This document shows, piece by piece, positions 1 to 11,311 of a DNA stretch of 23,185 bases; within the stretch, counting starts at the first letter, position 1, and each line of letters starts with the position of its first letter. The stretch spans positions 1-23,185 of the forward strand of contig VJWM01000391.1 in NCBI GenBank assembly GCA_010909165.1. Reading direction: 5' to 3'. Position numbers and translations under genes: made by a program. The notes beneath the pieces were generated by a model that was not told the origin of the DNA, did not search any database, and worked only from the letters and a program-made list of their open reading frames with translations. This DNA comes from Anthoceros angustus (Eukaryota > Plantae > Anthocerotophyta).

Positions 1-417
1 CCACAGTGCATGCGTCCGTTTCTCGGCCACCGTGGTGGAACTAGCCACCACTTGACTAGCGTGGCATGTGAGCATCCCTAGCATATATAGACACCTTTTA
101 TTCTAAAAATTCCCAATACCCAAGGACTCTATTTCTACCCCACCTCTGAGGGTCAAACCTAAGGTCGAAAAATTATTATTATCTCCAAGGGCCAAGGACC
201 ATTCCGTATAAAAGACACTCGACGATTCTCAAAGCACTCTGCTATTCTAACACAAACAAAAAAATCGTTCGCCGACACTTGAGAGCGGGTTAGTTCACAT
301 GTGGTCTTCCACAAACAAAGTTACCAGTTACTTAAGTGCATTGACTTTCAATAGACTCGGTAAAGATGTTAATGATGGCCCAATTGAGTACCTCGATGGG
401 CATGTTGCATATAGAAT

Positions 418-3400
418 GTGGCGGGATATATGAATAGTAGTAGTGGAAATATCGCAATCAAGCAAAATTGCATTTGGGAAGAAAGGTCGGATGGGCATGA
501 GCTACTAAGTGGCGACCATCTTGATTGGATTTGCACTTGGGCGGTGAGGACCATTAATCTTTGGGAAGAGTTGTTTGTTGATTACAATTGGTATAACCCG
601 AACCATTTGAAGCCAAAAGGAAGGCGAGTACATAGACACATTAAATTACGCGGATGGAGTGGAAGAAATTGAAGGCAAAGTTGATGCACGAGGATGTGGA
701 ATAGTTTTTGTTGTAGGATGTAGAAGAGTTGATGTTGAGGGTACCTTGTGTATATTGACTATATCGCAACAAAACAATTAGTATATCTTGTCGACTTGAC
801 TTCTTAACCTTTTAGTTTTGCATGTTGTTCAATATTTCCTTAATAATAGTGGTTATACTAAAGTTATTAAATTATAATATAATTTTTCTATATAGTACTA
901 CAATATTTTATATACTTATTTGATATTTATTTTGTTGTGATTGAATAATCAGTTGAAGAGGAACAAGATTTTATTGAGGTTGATGATCATTTTGAGGTTG
1001 ATGAAGAACATGTCAACATTCATCCCGACGAACAAGTGACCATAGAGTTGGTGGAGGCACTTGGTGGGGTTTCGCATCGCATGACTGACTAAAGACAGTC
1101 GATTCCTTGCACGAGGAATTAAAGGCGATGCACACGCAACTATCTATGGGTTGGAGATAAGTTTATTGGCATTCATTTTATTGTTATTGAACATCCAAGG
1201 AGGCATGGCTGGTCGGATGCATCTTTGAATTCAATTTTATCATTACTAGGCAAATTAGGCCTCGATTTGGCAACAAGTTGCCAAAAGTAGGGCTGAAATT
1301 AAAAAGATGCTTAAGGGTTTGGCCTAACATATACATCCATACATGCTTGTCAAGATGATTGTATGTTGTTGCGAGTTTTGGTGCTATTCGCAAGATGTGT
1401 GGGAAACATAGGTATCGAATTGACACGAAGAGCAGTGTGCAGTTAAGCTACTTGATATTTTCCATTGATTCCTAGATTGAAACAAATGTTTAGATGTCCG
1501 AGCTAGCAAGTATGATGTCATGGCACGCCACAAATAAGTCTAATGATGGGATTATGCGGGTCCCATCGGATAGCTATGCATGGGAACATGTGGACAACAC
1601 TTATCCGAGTTTGCTAAGGGAGGCGCAACATTCGATTAGGACTTGCTACGGATGGGATTAATCCCTTTGGGCACCAAAGTTCTAAGTATTCTATATGGCA
1701 CTGCTTCTTATCAATTATAACGCCTCCTTGGTTATCTATCAAGAATGGGCATATATTGTTGTCAATGATTATTCACGGTCCAGCAAGTAAAGATGATATA
1801 TATTTCAACCACTCATCAAGAGTTGAAGGTACATGGGAGGAAGGTGTGGTCGTACAAGATGCTTCTATGGCTATTGGAAATGCTCAAAGACAATTTAAAT
1901 TGAAGGCCTTATTGTTGTGGACGATGCATGATTATCCGGATATTCTTTCACTTCTAAAATGCAAACAAAAGGGAAGCGGGCATGTCCAATATGTTGGGAC
2001 AAATTAGAAGCAAGAAAGTCAATGTTCACAAACAAAATGACGTATGATAAGAATTTTAGAAAATTTTACCAGAGGAACACAAGTTTAGAGTGGAAGAGCG
2101 GATTCATTCAATGGAAAATGAGATGGAAATTATTCATCCGGACTATGCACCAACTCGAGGATATTATGATCGAAAGCTTTAACCGGAAATATGCAAAAGA
2201 CAATGGTGAAGAAAGCCACAGGGTGTTACTAGCGACGAGCCTTCAATTTTCCGGGAGCTTCCATCTTTGGGAGGTATGTATGCATGCATATGGGGTCTTG
2301 CAAGTATTACCTTTTCAAGAATATTTTAATTATATTATTGGTAGCATCGGTAGGTAGACTAATAGCTATTCATGAAGGTTAACTTTTAGTCATGCTATTT
2401 GGTGGTTGCGAGATATTGTTGATCGAGACACTTATTTGATATCATGCACATTGGAAAGAATGTAAGTCAGATTTTGGCACACATATGTGGAATCAAGATT
2501 CCCTTGGTAGTCGTGAGATCTTGAGTATTCAAATACCAAACAAGATTGGTGGCCCCATGCGAGGCCATCGCTGTTGGAAGGAGACAAAGAGGCCAAAACA
2601 TTGTAAATGGGGTGCAAGGTAGCAAAAAACTGGCGAACCCAGGACGGACATTTATAACGACACCACCACAGGTTCTTGGACATGGCAAAAAGGCGAATGT
2701 ATGCTAATGCAGAGGAAAAATTGAGAACAAGGATTTGCATCGTACTCCTCTGAGGTATGGGTCAAATTTGAGCGTTGTTTTCTAAAGGAGAAGAGAATTT
2801 GGTTAAAGTCTCATGATCATCACCATCTCGGTTGTGTGGTGTCTTGAAAGGATTAATACATCATGATGTTCACAAGGCTATATGTGATCTTGCCGAGCTA
2901 TTCGGTGGCTTTGTTCAAAAGAAATTGCGAAGGATGAAATTCCACTATGAAGGTGAAAAGTGTGGAGATCATGTGTGTGTTGAGAGGAATTTCCAACGAC
3001 CGACAAGTCAAGTACATGTTGTTGTTCATCTTGTGGGAGGTTGAATTATGTGGACCAACTCGATATCGATGGATGTATTTCTTAGAAAGGCACATGAAAG
3101 TGTTAAAGGGACTTGTTCGACGGAAAGCCCGAGGTAGCATGGCTTTAGGATACTTAGCACAAGAGATAATGTTTTATAGCTCGAGTTCTTTGGAAATACA
3201 CATGAAGAGGCACCAAGAGTGTGGAAATCGAAGATGATGTCACCCAATGTGGGTGTTATTGCAAGGAATGGCAAAATTATGACTGAATGATGTGGAAATG
3301 CAAGATGAGGAAAGTGTTAGTGGAAAACTCTGTACTCAAAAATGGCGAAAAGTGTATGGCCGGTATGACGAGCAACGTCCTTTTGCGAATGGTTGATAGA

Positions 3401-4023
3401 TGAAGTTATAGTAGCGAAGAAAGAAATGCGGTACAAACCTATGGGTTGGATGTGGCAATTGTGCGAGGACCTCCTCGTGTGCGATCATATAAAATGATGT
3501 GGGCATATGGAAATCATATAAGGACTATAGATGCGAGATAGGGAAAGAATACATGTGATAGCATTATAAAACATCTATATAGCCAAGCATGTGTTTCACA
3601 TCGCGGGACACCGAACCTATTATAGCATTTTCCCTATCTTTGGAAAGGTGGAAAAGATTTTGGAGGTGGACTTAGGGTCTAAAAAGTAAATGTGTTGAAG
3701 GTGAGATGGTTCAAGGCTCAATGGAACAAAAGCACGACCATCAAAAAGATACATCTCGTATGTTCATGGTTAACGATGTCATGTTATCCAATGATAAGTT
3801 GGAGGATGAGCCATTTGTACTAGTATCGGAGAAAGTGGAGCAAGTCTTTTGTATGAGAATTCTAAAATGCATGGAAAATTGTGGTGGGTACAAGCACGTG
3901 GAAGACGCATAGTACAAGGTGAGGCTCAAGGACGAGGATAACATGAGTCAAGATGATGAGGATGCGGATATCATAGGTGAGGATGATGAAGACAATGATA
4001 GCGTGAGCGATAATGACCAATGA
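418..4023 (+). pseudogene. CACTA TnpD/Tnp2-type transposase (Transposase_21, DUF4218 and DUF4216-like regions), frameshifted
   Basis: Family motifs appear in order across frameshifts: AEIKKMLKG..TYTSIHACQDDCML (~1290-1370), FPLIPRLKQMF (~1460), SWHATNKSNDGIMRVPSDSYAWEHVD, IRLGLATDGINPFGHQSSKYSIW (~1630-1700), LSMIIHGP, FKLKALLLWTMHDYP, KGKRACPIC, HLFDIMHIGKNV (~2430-2463), WLKSHDHH (~2800), ELCGPTRYRWMYFLERHMKVLKGLVR (~3040-3120) and DEPFVLVSEKVEQVF (~3805-3850). An acidic tail ends at TGA 4021-4023. The N-terminal limit is uncertain. Confidence 0.92.
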
Positions 4024-4061
4024 GTTACATAGTAGAGTTGGAGTAATAGACTTGTTATGTG

Positions 4062-4180
4062 GAAAGGAGAAGGGGAAGGGAGATGATAGAGGGATAAGGG
4101 TGGGGCGATAGAGGATAAGGAGTGGAGAGGGTGGGAGGATAGATAAGGAGTGGAGAGGGTGGGAGGATAGATAGGTAATT
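4062..4180 (+). repeat. Purine-rich tract with a 28-bp tandem duplication
   Basis: GATAAGGAGTGGAGAGGGTGGGAGGATA occurs exactly at 4114-4141 and 4142-4169, within a G/A-rich run with several GGG tracts. Confidence 0.9.
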
Positions 4181-4265
4181 GATAGGTTGAAAAAATTTTA
4201 AAGCTTTTCTTATAAGTATAAAAAGTATCCCAAGTCTTAAATATTTCACTTATTTAATTATAATT

Positions 4266-4870
4266 ATGGTGAGTACAAAGCGTCGTGGAAGGCAGGTTCG
4301 GTTTAAGGGTTTACATACGGTAGCAAAGCATGGATTGTTGCGATGATGTGTTCGTAATTTCGATGATCGACCTCTTAGGCTTCTTGAAGTATGATGACCG
4401 CACTAGAATTGGGCCACAAATCAATCTCTTTTCTTTGAGTGTAGATCTTGGCGTTTTGCCTCGGCGATCTGGAAAAGAGTAAAGGCATACGTTGATGATT
4501 TCTCTCCAGACACTTTGTTCCATGACTCAAGCGTGCGCCTCAAGCGAGCGGTGTACTGGGGCCTTTGGCTTGTCCACAGAAACCTGCAGAGCCTTCGGAC
4601 CATTGTTGAGGACACATAGTAAACAAGGTGAGGACATAGCCCGGTGCTTCACAAGATGGTTGTGATACAAGTCTCCCCGTTGTATGCGAACAAGTGGCGC
4701 CATCTGGCGGCAGGGTTCCGCCGATGTAGGAAGTTGTCCCACCACTCAAACGCTAAGTACCTCGAGGAGGTGGGTCGAATCCTCCTTCCAGTTTTGGAGA
4801 ATAAGTGACAAATTTTGGACACTCGGAGATGAGCACTCGTCGGTGGATCATCTTATGGAGGAATGGGAGC
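4266..4870 (+). pseudogene. Possible second CACTA ORF (TnpA-like) remnant
   Basis: An ATG at 4266 opens MVSTKRRGRQVRFKG, followed by RIGPQ and WKRVKAYVDDFLSRHF. The position just downstream of the transposase fits TnpA. Sequence support is weak. Confidence 0.3.
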
Positions 4871-4872
4871 AC

Positions 4873-5080
4873 CATGGATGTGGTCTTGGCGAGTGGGGAT
4901 AATCGTTTCTTGATTGAAGAATCTGGTTCTGTCTCTCTGGTTACATCCCATATGCTATGATGGACCTATTGAACAACGACCCCTACGTTACATGGATCGT
5001 CTTAATTGGCAAGTGGGGATGATTGTCTTGATTTCAAAGAACCTCGGTTTAGTCTTCACTATGATGGACAACTAGTGGTG
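4873..5080. repeat. Degenerate ~110-118 bp tandem duplication
   Basis: CATGGAT...TTGGC(G/A)AGTGGGGAT...TCTTGATT..AAGAA.CT..GTT starts at 4873 and again at 4991. CTATGATGGAC recurs at ~4955 and ~5059. Confidence 0.55.
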
Positions 5081-5116
5081 ATTCCTAACCTTTTGTAGTC
5101 TTGCTTTGTCGAGGAT

Positions 5117-5235
5117 ATGGTGACATGGAATGCCCTTATGGGTGCACAGCGCCCGAATGTAGTGGTGGGCACCTACAGTGGACATGTATGCAAATGGTGG
5201 CGAAAATGCCGAGTTTTGGCAGTTGAACGCATGAA
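5117..5235 (+). pseudogene. Short PPR gene fragment
   Basis: VTWNALMG is followed by NVVVGT and, after a frameshift, VDMYANGG. These are typical PLS-class PPR motif pieces, with most of the intervening motif missing. Confidence 0.6.
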
Positions 5236-5244
5236 AGAGGGTCT

Positions 5245-6020
5245 AAGGGTGTTGCCCGATTTTGCAAATGGAATCGAATGTCATGCGCAAGAGATCCGCA
5301 ATGGCTTGCCGGAATCATCGAGCAAAATTCGAGCATTGAGAAGGCGGTGCAACATGCTCCACACCATCATTCCATGCATGTCAACAACCTCCTCCTTTCC
5401 GCTTGGGCAATAATCTTGCAGAGACCGTCTCTAAGCCGTTGGTCTTGTAATCACGAAACACTCTGAAGAGAACTCAAGCTTGCGTCTTCGCGTCTTCCAC
5501 ATCTCTCCATCGGTGTTGAAAATGCCATTCCCCAGCTCTTCCGATGCGGAAGGATTCCTTGCCCGCATGAACTTGATGGTCGTTCGCATTTTGAAGCGAG
5601 ACAAACACATGTGTGTCACAAGCATCCAAGATGCTCGGAATCGAGCATCCCATTGGTAGTACACCGTTAGGATTCGATCCATTACCTTAGGAAGTTCTCG
5701 GTTGCCTCGAATGTGCTCAATGTTGGGTGGGTGCGTCGTGACGGTGAAATCTGCGGTGAAGTGGCACTCGTACGCTCTTAGCGAAGGTGAGCCAGTCCAA
5801 CAAGGTATCTTTGTACGAATTATGTCAGCTGTGCAGCCAATTCAGCCTTGGGACCCGTGTATCCTTCTCGACAACCCATAGCTCGAGAGATAAAAGGCAA
5901 CCAGGCAGCGGGGATCCAAGTCAAGGCATCCATGGTTGCCTTTGGAACACCACTCCAATGTCTTGCCAATCGCAAGTTGCGCAAGGAATTGATACCACCC
6001 CAAACCAGACGCATGCTCAC
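5245..6020 (-). pseudogene. 5' fragment of a CYP86-clan cytochrome P450 (CYP704-like), truncated and frameshifted
   Basis: The minus strand reads YTGPKA..LLDWLT, TVTTHPPNIEHI..NFPK|GKESF, ELGNGIFNTDGEMWKT.R..LEFSS..RDY and LRMTFDSICKIG. These match the CYP704/CYP86 pattern (LGDGIFNSDGELW; MRMTLDSICKVGFG). The I-helix, ExxR and heme-Cys motifs are absent. Confidence 0.88.
5564..5685 (-). other. Probable spliceosomal intron inside the P450 fragment
   Basis: The donor is AAG|GTAATG at 5685. Removing 5685-5564 joins P-K to G-K-E-S-F in frame. The acceptor is degenerate (TGCG rather than TGCAG). Confidence 0.55.
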
Positions 6021-6504
6021 TCGGTTAATTTGCCCATGGTGGCACTAAAAGACCTAAAATGCCATTGCCATACTGCTGGAATCCTTTCCTTCACATAATT
6101 TTGGAGGCTACAGCGCCAGAGTCAATGCTCCCTCCTTGGTGCGGCCACCACGGACTTGGCTTGTGGTGTGATGATCCGGCGATGTTGTTCTCTCCCAAAC
6201 TCCCATTATGGTGATCACATCCCGGATACCTCGGAATATGTGACCCCACGGTGGTTATATATTATGGGGCCATGCCATATCCATCCGCACACCTTTTGTC
6301 ACGGTGGTACAAATGTCTTGAATAATGGATGACGCGATTGGCGGGTGGTGATGCCCGCAAGAAGACGATGTGAGTCATCCATGCTACGTGGTGGTGCAGT
6401 GACATGATCAGATTGATGAGCGGGCGTTGTGAGATCGTGGACATTTGTACATGAGACTACATTGTATTTGGTGTAAAGCGTGAGGCTGACGGCCTTGTCA
6501 TACA

Positions 6505-6715
6505 TTTACAACATACAAGTCACAACAGGGTGTGTTGTAATTAGACTATGTTGTAATTGTGGGAGGCCTATCTTGGCCTCTCTTAACGTTTTACAATATG
6601 CATGATGCAATGGATGTTGTAAATTAGATTAGTTTATCGATGTTGTAAAACATGAGAGAGGCATCTGGCCGTCTCAAACATTTCTAATTGGGCTTTACAG
6701 CATGTGTTGTAAAAC
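6505..6715. repeat. Cluster of TGTTGTAA/TTTACAA motifs resembling the CACTA subterminal repeats
   Basis: TGTTGTAA occurs five times, plus TTTACAA copies. The same core motif dominates 10130-11290. Confidence 0.5.
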
Positions 6716-6729
6716 ACGGTCCACTGTGG

Positions 6730-7449
6730 TCAATCTTTATCTTGTTGGGAGGAGGTGGCCGTCGGAGAGAAGGCTGGGAGGAGGTAGTCGGACAGAGGTG
6801 TGTTTGGTATACTCACTCCCACTTGTTGATCATTTTGAAAGTGATGCTCCAACAACCGGATCATCTGGTCCTTGTAGGATGGAGTCGGGTGGTTCAGATG
6901 CATTGTTGTGCATGCCCCGCTCCTCGCGTATATATTAGGCGTGCTGAGATCCTCACCGGCGTTATATTCCTCTTCTTCATCTTCACGCTGACGGTGGAAA
7001 GGGTTGTGGAAGCGTCGAGATGTCGCCTCCTCTGGAGGCGAACCGCCAGAAAGAGACTCCCTAGGATGCGGAAGCAAGGGCTGGGCTTCCTCCTCGTGAT
7101 CAAGGGAGTGACACGCTGGATGGGGAAGCTCAGGCCAAAGCGGAGCCTCGGCGTATCTCGAGACTAGGCGAGGCCATAATCGGAGGACATGGGAGGTCCT
7201 CCATTGCGGCTTAGCTTCATTTCTCCCTTGCCCCCTCATCACTGCGCAAAGGGGCTGGGGCCTCACGCCTGTGGGCAAGGCTATGTCACGAGGAGGTGAG
7301 GCCCTCACGCCATTTCCCTCGAGGTAACCACATAAGGATGTGAAAATTGTGAGCAGGCCGTGCGACCGGGCCTCCTGGCATCGGAGCATCGGCTGCGGTC
7401 GGCGGATCAGTGCGTGGCGCCTTTGCCGGTCATGAGGCCCCAGTGACAC
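6730..7449 (-). other. 239-codon low-complexity ORF, possibly a gag leader of a truncated LTR element
   Basis: It is the longest ORF in the track, rich in Pro, Glu and Arg, with no recognisable domain. It lies directly downstream (minus strand) of a candidate LTR end and PBS-like sequence. Confidence 0.3.
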
Positions 7450-9087
7450 GGTTTTGCTTCATCTCGCTCCTACTCCCACTCTAAAGCTATCTAATTGCTG
7501 TCTTGTGCAGGATCTCTTGAGGATTGAGGAGGATCTGTTCCTCAAGATGACATGTGCGGTGAGACGATTCTGAGGCCTCAGTCCCTCAGAATCAAAGGAA
7601 GAGTCCTCCAGGGCCCAGCGGATCGAGGCGGGATTAGGTAGCAGCATAGGCTAGTTGGGGTTAGATAGGAAAGTTCCACTCTCCTAACCCCGGACCTCAA
7701 ACTTCGTGCTCTTTTTGAAAGAGCTTTCGTTATATATCTTAGGGTTTTCTTGTGTAGGCACATACTCCGATTCTTGAACCTTGCTGTTTGGGATCGTGTT
7801 TGAGCTCGGAAGTGAGATCAAGATTGGAAGTGAGATGAGGAGTCAAAGTGTGAGCTCCTCTTCACTCGAGTCACCGGATCCTTCAACCTTAGCTAAGGAT
7901 CTAAATACTCCTATGTTTTGGAATCACCTCAATCGCCATTACACTAATGACATTTTCCGCATGGTCCTTCAACCTCTTCCAGATCAGTGACATTTCAACA
8001 TTTCAACATGCCTCTACATTTCGGATGTTACGACTAACCATGCTTGAAATCCCTCGTGGTTTTCTCGCATACTATGTAGATTATCAAGTGAAGGCCTATA
8101 AACTCTATACCTATTAAATCATTAGCTCAAGATAGCCATCTGGCCTCTGGATTATTAGACTTTGTGCTAATATGCAAGAACTCGCATATCATTGTATTAC
8201 AAATCTTTATATGTATACGATCAGGCTTGTCCTAGTGTATCTCCATTGAATTGCGGCAATCCAAAAGGAAGTACACTAGATTCCTAGATTCGCAGTTGCT
8301 ATAAAATTTTCAACCGGTATACCCACGGCCTAGGGTTGAACTCACTACTCCAGCCATGGAGTAGCGAGATTGTATACATGTCCTGACCAGGCCATTGATG
8401 ACTCGGCCAATTTTACCCCCTGCAGTCTACCTAACATGCATATATAGCCCTACATGCAATATCTAGAAAAACAGAATTCCCATGGTTCAAGGAACTTGCC
8501 TTCCTCGGCCCTCGAAATAGGTTTCTATCTACATGCTACTTTTCCCAAGGACCAAGGAACATCCTTCCGAAACCCCGAAGACCAAGGACTAAGTTTCTAT
8601 CTACATACCATTTTCCCAAGGACCAAGGAACATCCTTGACCCAAGACCAAGGACTCGAAATAGGCTATCTACTTGCTACTTTCCCAAGGACCAAGGAACA
8701 TCATTCAAACCCAAGACCAAGGACTTGAGTCTTCCTTCAAACCCCAAAGACCAAGGACTTGAATCCTACCTATTTGAATAGATAGGACTAGGACTCGAAG
8801 CGGACTTGAGCTGGTGACCACACCAAGTAACCGTCCTCCCATCACCACTTCCTAGGACTCCCCTCTTGTGCGTGGGAAACTAGGCGGCGGTAAGAGGAGC
8901 TCTTGCTCGCCTAACATTCGGTGCAAGGAGTCCGGTGAGGTCCTCGGGTTAAACAACATGTTCAAGCCGACTTGTTGGATGAGAAGCTTGTTTCTTTGAA
9001 TATGCAGTGGGTCATTGTGCTTCTCCTTCCAAGTCGAGCTCTCAGCCGAGCACAGGAGGTGTCGGATTGGATATGGGAGTCGTGACA
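7444..9087 (-). mobile_element. Probable LTR (Ty3/gypsy-style termini) nested in the CACTA element
   Basis: The minus strand starts TGTCACGACTCC at 9087. A candidate end GTGTCA at 7444 is followed by CTGGGGCCTCAT (PBS-like). The segment is non-coding and contains an internal tandem array. An alternative left end is TGTCACGA at 7284. No TSD was found. Confidence 0.45.
8457..8760. repeat. ~70-bp tandem repeat, 3 good copies plus degenerate flanking copies
   Basis: The unit CTATCTAC...TTTCCCAAGGACCAAGGAACATC...AGACCAAGGACT begins at ~8521, 8593 and ~8664. Partial copies lie at 8457-8520 and 8735-8760. Confidence 0.9.
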
Positions 9088-9229
9088 CCATCGGCGTGAG
9101 TAGAGAAAGCTTCGAGGCCGTTGGAGCTCAGAAATCTAGCGTAGATAGACTATTCTATTCCTCGTCTTATATGTGCTAAAACTTTGTGCGGATAAGAAGG
9201 ACATGGTTGTGGGATGACGCGTTCATGAT

Positions 9230-10126
9230 CTCAATCAAACTTGGGTGCAGTCAATCACATACTTGGGGAACCATATCTTGCGGATGTATGTATGAGGTAG
9301 GCTACGGAGGGTGGGCAAACCAAATCCTTCATGTGGTTTTCAATAATCTCGCACATGCTACACATGGGGAGCCTAATGAGGCGATACAACTTTACTATCG
9401 ATGTGTCGCTGGTGTGAAGGCGGATGCCCACATCTTTGTAGCACCCTTCAAGCTTGTGCATTTCTTTGTGGACACGGAATCTAGCGAGAAAAGTGCGGCA
9501 CGATATGTTGCAGTGACATTCCACCGAACTTTTCGCCAAGCTGGACATGTACGCAAACCGTGGTGGTGGAAGAGACACACACGGTTTTCGATAGGTTAGG
9601 CGAAGGATGTCGTGACATGGGCCACGATAGTTGGGTATGCAAATCATGGGCTTGGCCAAGAGGCGCTTGTATGGACAAATGGAGAAGGAGGGATTGTGGG
9701 CAACCATGTTACCTTTGCTTGCCAAGGCTGTGCAACGCAAGTGCCTTACAGGAAGGCGCACTCATTGTGGAGAGAGGGCAGATAACACACTTGTGGGCAC
9801 TTGCACGGTGGACATGTAGGCAAAGTGTGGCGAAGTAGAAGATGCGCATCAAGTTTTTGAATGCTTGAGCCCAAAGGATGTGGTGACTTGGAATGCCGAT
9901 TCTTTGGGTATGGAGAAAGGGCTTGGTCAAGAGGCGCTATTTTGTATGGACGAATGCAGGAGGGCACCTTGTGGGTGATGAGGTTACTTTTGCTTGCCTT
10001 TTGAAGGCATGTGCAAGCATTGGTGCCTTAAGGGCGGTGGGCACTCACTTGTGCAAAGAGGACATTTGGATAACGACTTGTGGGCGCTTCGGTGGACTGT
10101 ATGCCAAGATGCATGCCTCGTTTTGA
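9230..10126 (+). pseudogene. PLS-class pentatricopeptide repeat (PPR) gene fragment with frameshifts and stops
   Basis: Motifs read across frames include HGEPNEAIQLYY, GVKADAHIFVA, DMYAN, ETHTVFDRL, KDVVTW, GYANHGLGQEAL, TVDM*AKCGEVEDAHQVFECLSPKDVVTWNA, GLGQEALFLYGRMQE and DEVTFACLLKACASIGAL. No start, E or DYW domain is visible. Confidence 0.9.
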
Positions 10127-10129
10127 CTT

Positions 10130-11290
10130 GGCTAGGAAAATTCTTACACCGACATTTTACAATGCTGGCACTATTTATAAATCGATAAATTTGTATAACA
10201 TTTTACAATGTATTTGCAATGAACATGCGACATCGACAATTTCACTAATATATAGCCTCATAAATGACATAAATCGAAAGGTCTCTTCCACATATTTACA
10301 ACGGCATTTGCGACAAGCATGCCACATCAACAATCTTACTAATATATAATCTCATAAATTACATAAATAAGGAAAAGGCATGCCACATAATCTTACTAAT
10401 ATATAACCTCATAAATTACATAAATAAGGAAAAGGTCTCTTCCAAAATTTTACAACGGCATTTATGACAAACATGCCACATCAAGCAAATAATATATTTA
10501 TTCATGGATATTGGCTGGCTTGTGCATTTTAACCATAATTCTGACGCATGTACGCGTCGGTAAATATACAATAAAATGAATAATCCAATAATATAACATA
10601 AATTGGAGAAACCATTTTACAATGATATTTGCAATGAGCTTGCCATGTCAGCAAATAATAAATTTATTTATAGATATTTATATAAAATGGTTTTCATGCA
10701 TTTTACAACCATAGCTACAATGCATGTGACACGTCGATAAATACAAAAAAAAGATAATCCCATAACTAACATAAATCCAGAAACATATTTACAACATCAT
10801 TTGCAACGAACTTGCACATCAGCAAATAATAAATCTATTCATAGATATTCCAATAAATGGTATTATTCCAAAAATCAAGTCTTGCACAATTTACAACCAC
10901 ATCTACAACAAACATGGTTTACAACGTCTTTTACAAGTACCTTTACAACATCCTTTATGCCACGTCATTATAAATTCAACAAAATGTAGTTTTATTAACA
11001 AATAACCCCCATAGTTTTCTAAATCAAAAGAGTTTATGCACAATTAACAACGCTATGTACAACGCAAGCCATGTCAACAAACCCCGTTGTAAAATTTGTG
11101 TCAACATGCCATGTCAACAAATCCCGTTGTAAAATTGTCAACATGCCATGTCAACAAACCCTGTGTAAAATCCATGCCACATCATATTAGTTAGGAACCC
11201 TTGTTGTAAATGTTCAAAAACTTACAATGTGGCTTTGAGTCAGTAAGAGTGTTGTAGTTTCCTCTAACTAAACTTAGACCCATTTGTAAA
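10130..11290. repeat. AT-rich CACTA subterminal repeat region
   Basis: It contains many TTTACAAC/TTGTAAA and CATGCCA(C/T)(A/G)TCA motifs. There is a ~57-bp duplication near 10320-10435 and three ~37-bp units (GCCATGTCAACAAA.CC.GT.GTAAAAT) at ~11065-11172. Confidence 0.75.
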
Positions 11291-11311
11291 AGGTAGCCCC
11301 TCCTTGTAGTG
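11283..11311 (-). mobile_element. CACTA right terminal inverted repeat
   Basis: The minus strand reads CACTACAAGGAGGGGCTACCTTTTACAAA. It sits at the end of the repeat block, with an abrupt change of sequence character afterwards. The flanking 3 bp are TAA (11312-11314). Confidence 0.8.

Larger units (their letters stand above)
1..11311 (+). mobile_element. Composite CACTA (En/Spm) DNA transposon, left end outside the window
   Basis: It combines a transposase remnant (418-4023), an AT-rich subterminal repeat block (10130-11290) and a right terminus CTTGTAGTG at 11303-11311 (reverse complement CACTACAAG). No left TIR was found in the window. Treating everything between as one element is an inference. 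Confidence 0.55.

Noticed and set aside
1-330. LTR-like fragment (TATAAAAG at 207-214, CCAAGGACC motif, ends near GTTACCA)
   Set aside because: There is no partner, PBS or TSD, and it is cut by the window edge. It is plausible but cannot be supported.
6262-6505. Weak PPR-like words on the minus strand (NVVSCT, DDSHRLL)
   Set aside because: Only two short words, with no 35-aa periodicity.
8457-8760. CRISPR-like array
   Set aside because: The whole unit is repeated without unique spacers, there are no cas genes, and the context is eukaryotic. The same applies to the arrays at 11065-11172 and 22513-22655.
7284-9087. Solo LTR bounded by perfect 8-bp inverted ends TGTCACGA/TCGTGACA
   Set aside because: The flanks GGCTA and CCATC are not a TSD, and the minus-strand ORF runs through 7284. 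It is kept only as an alternative boundary.
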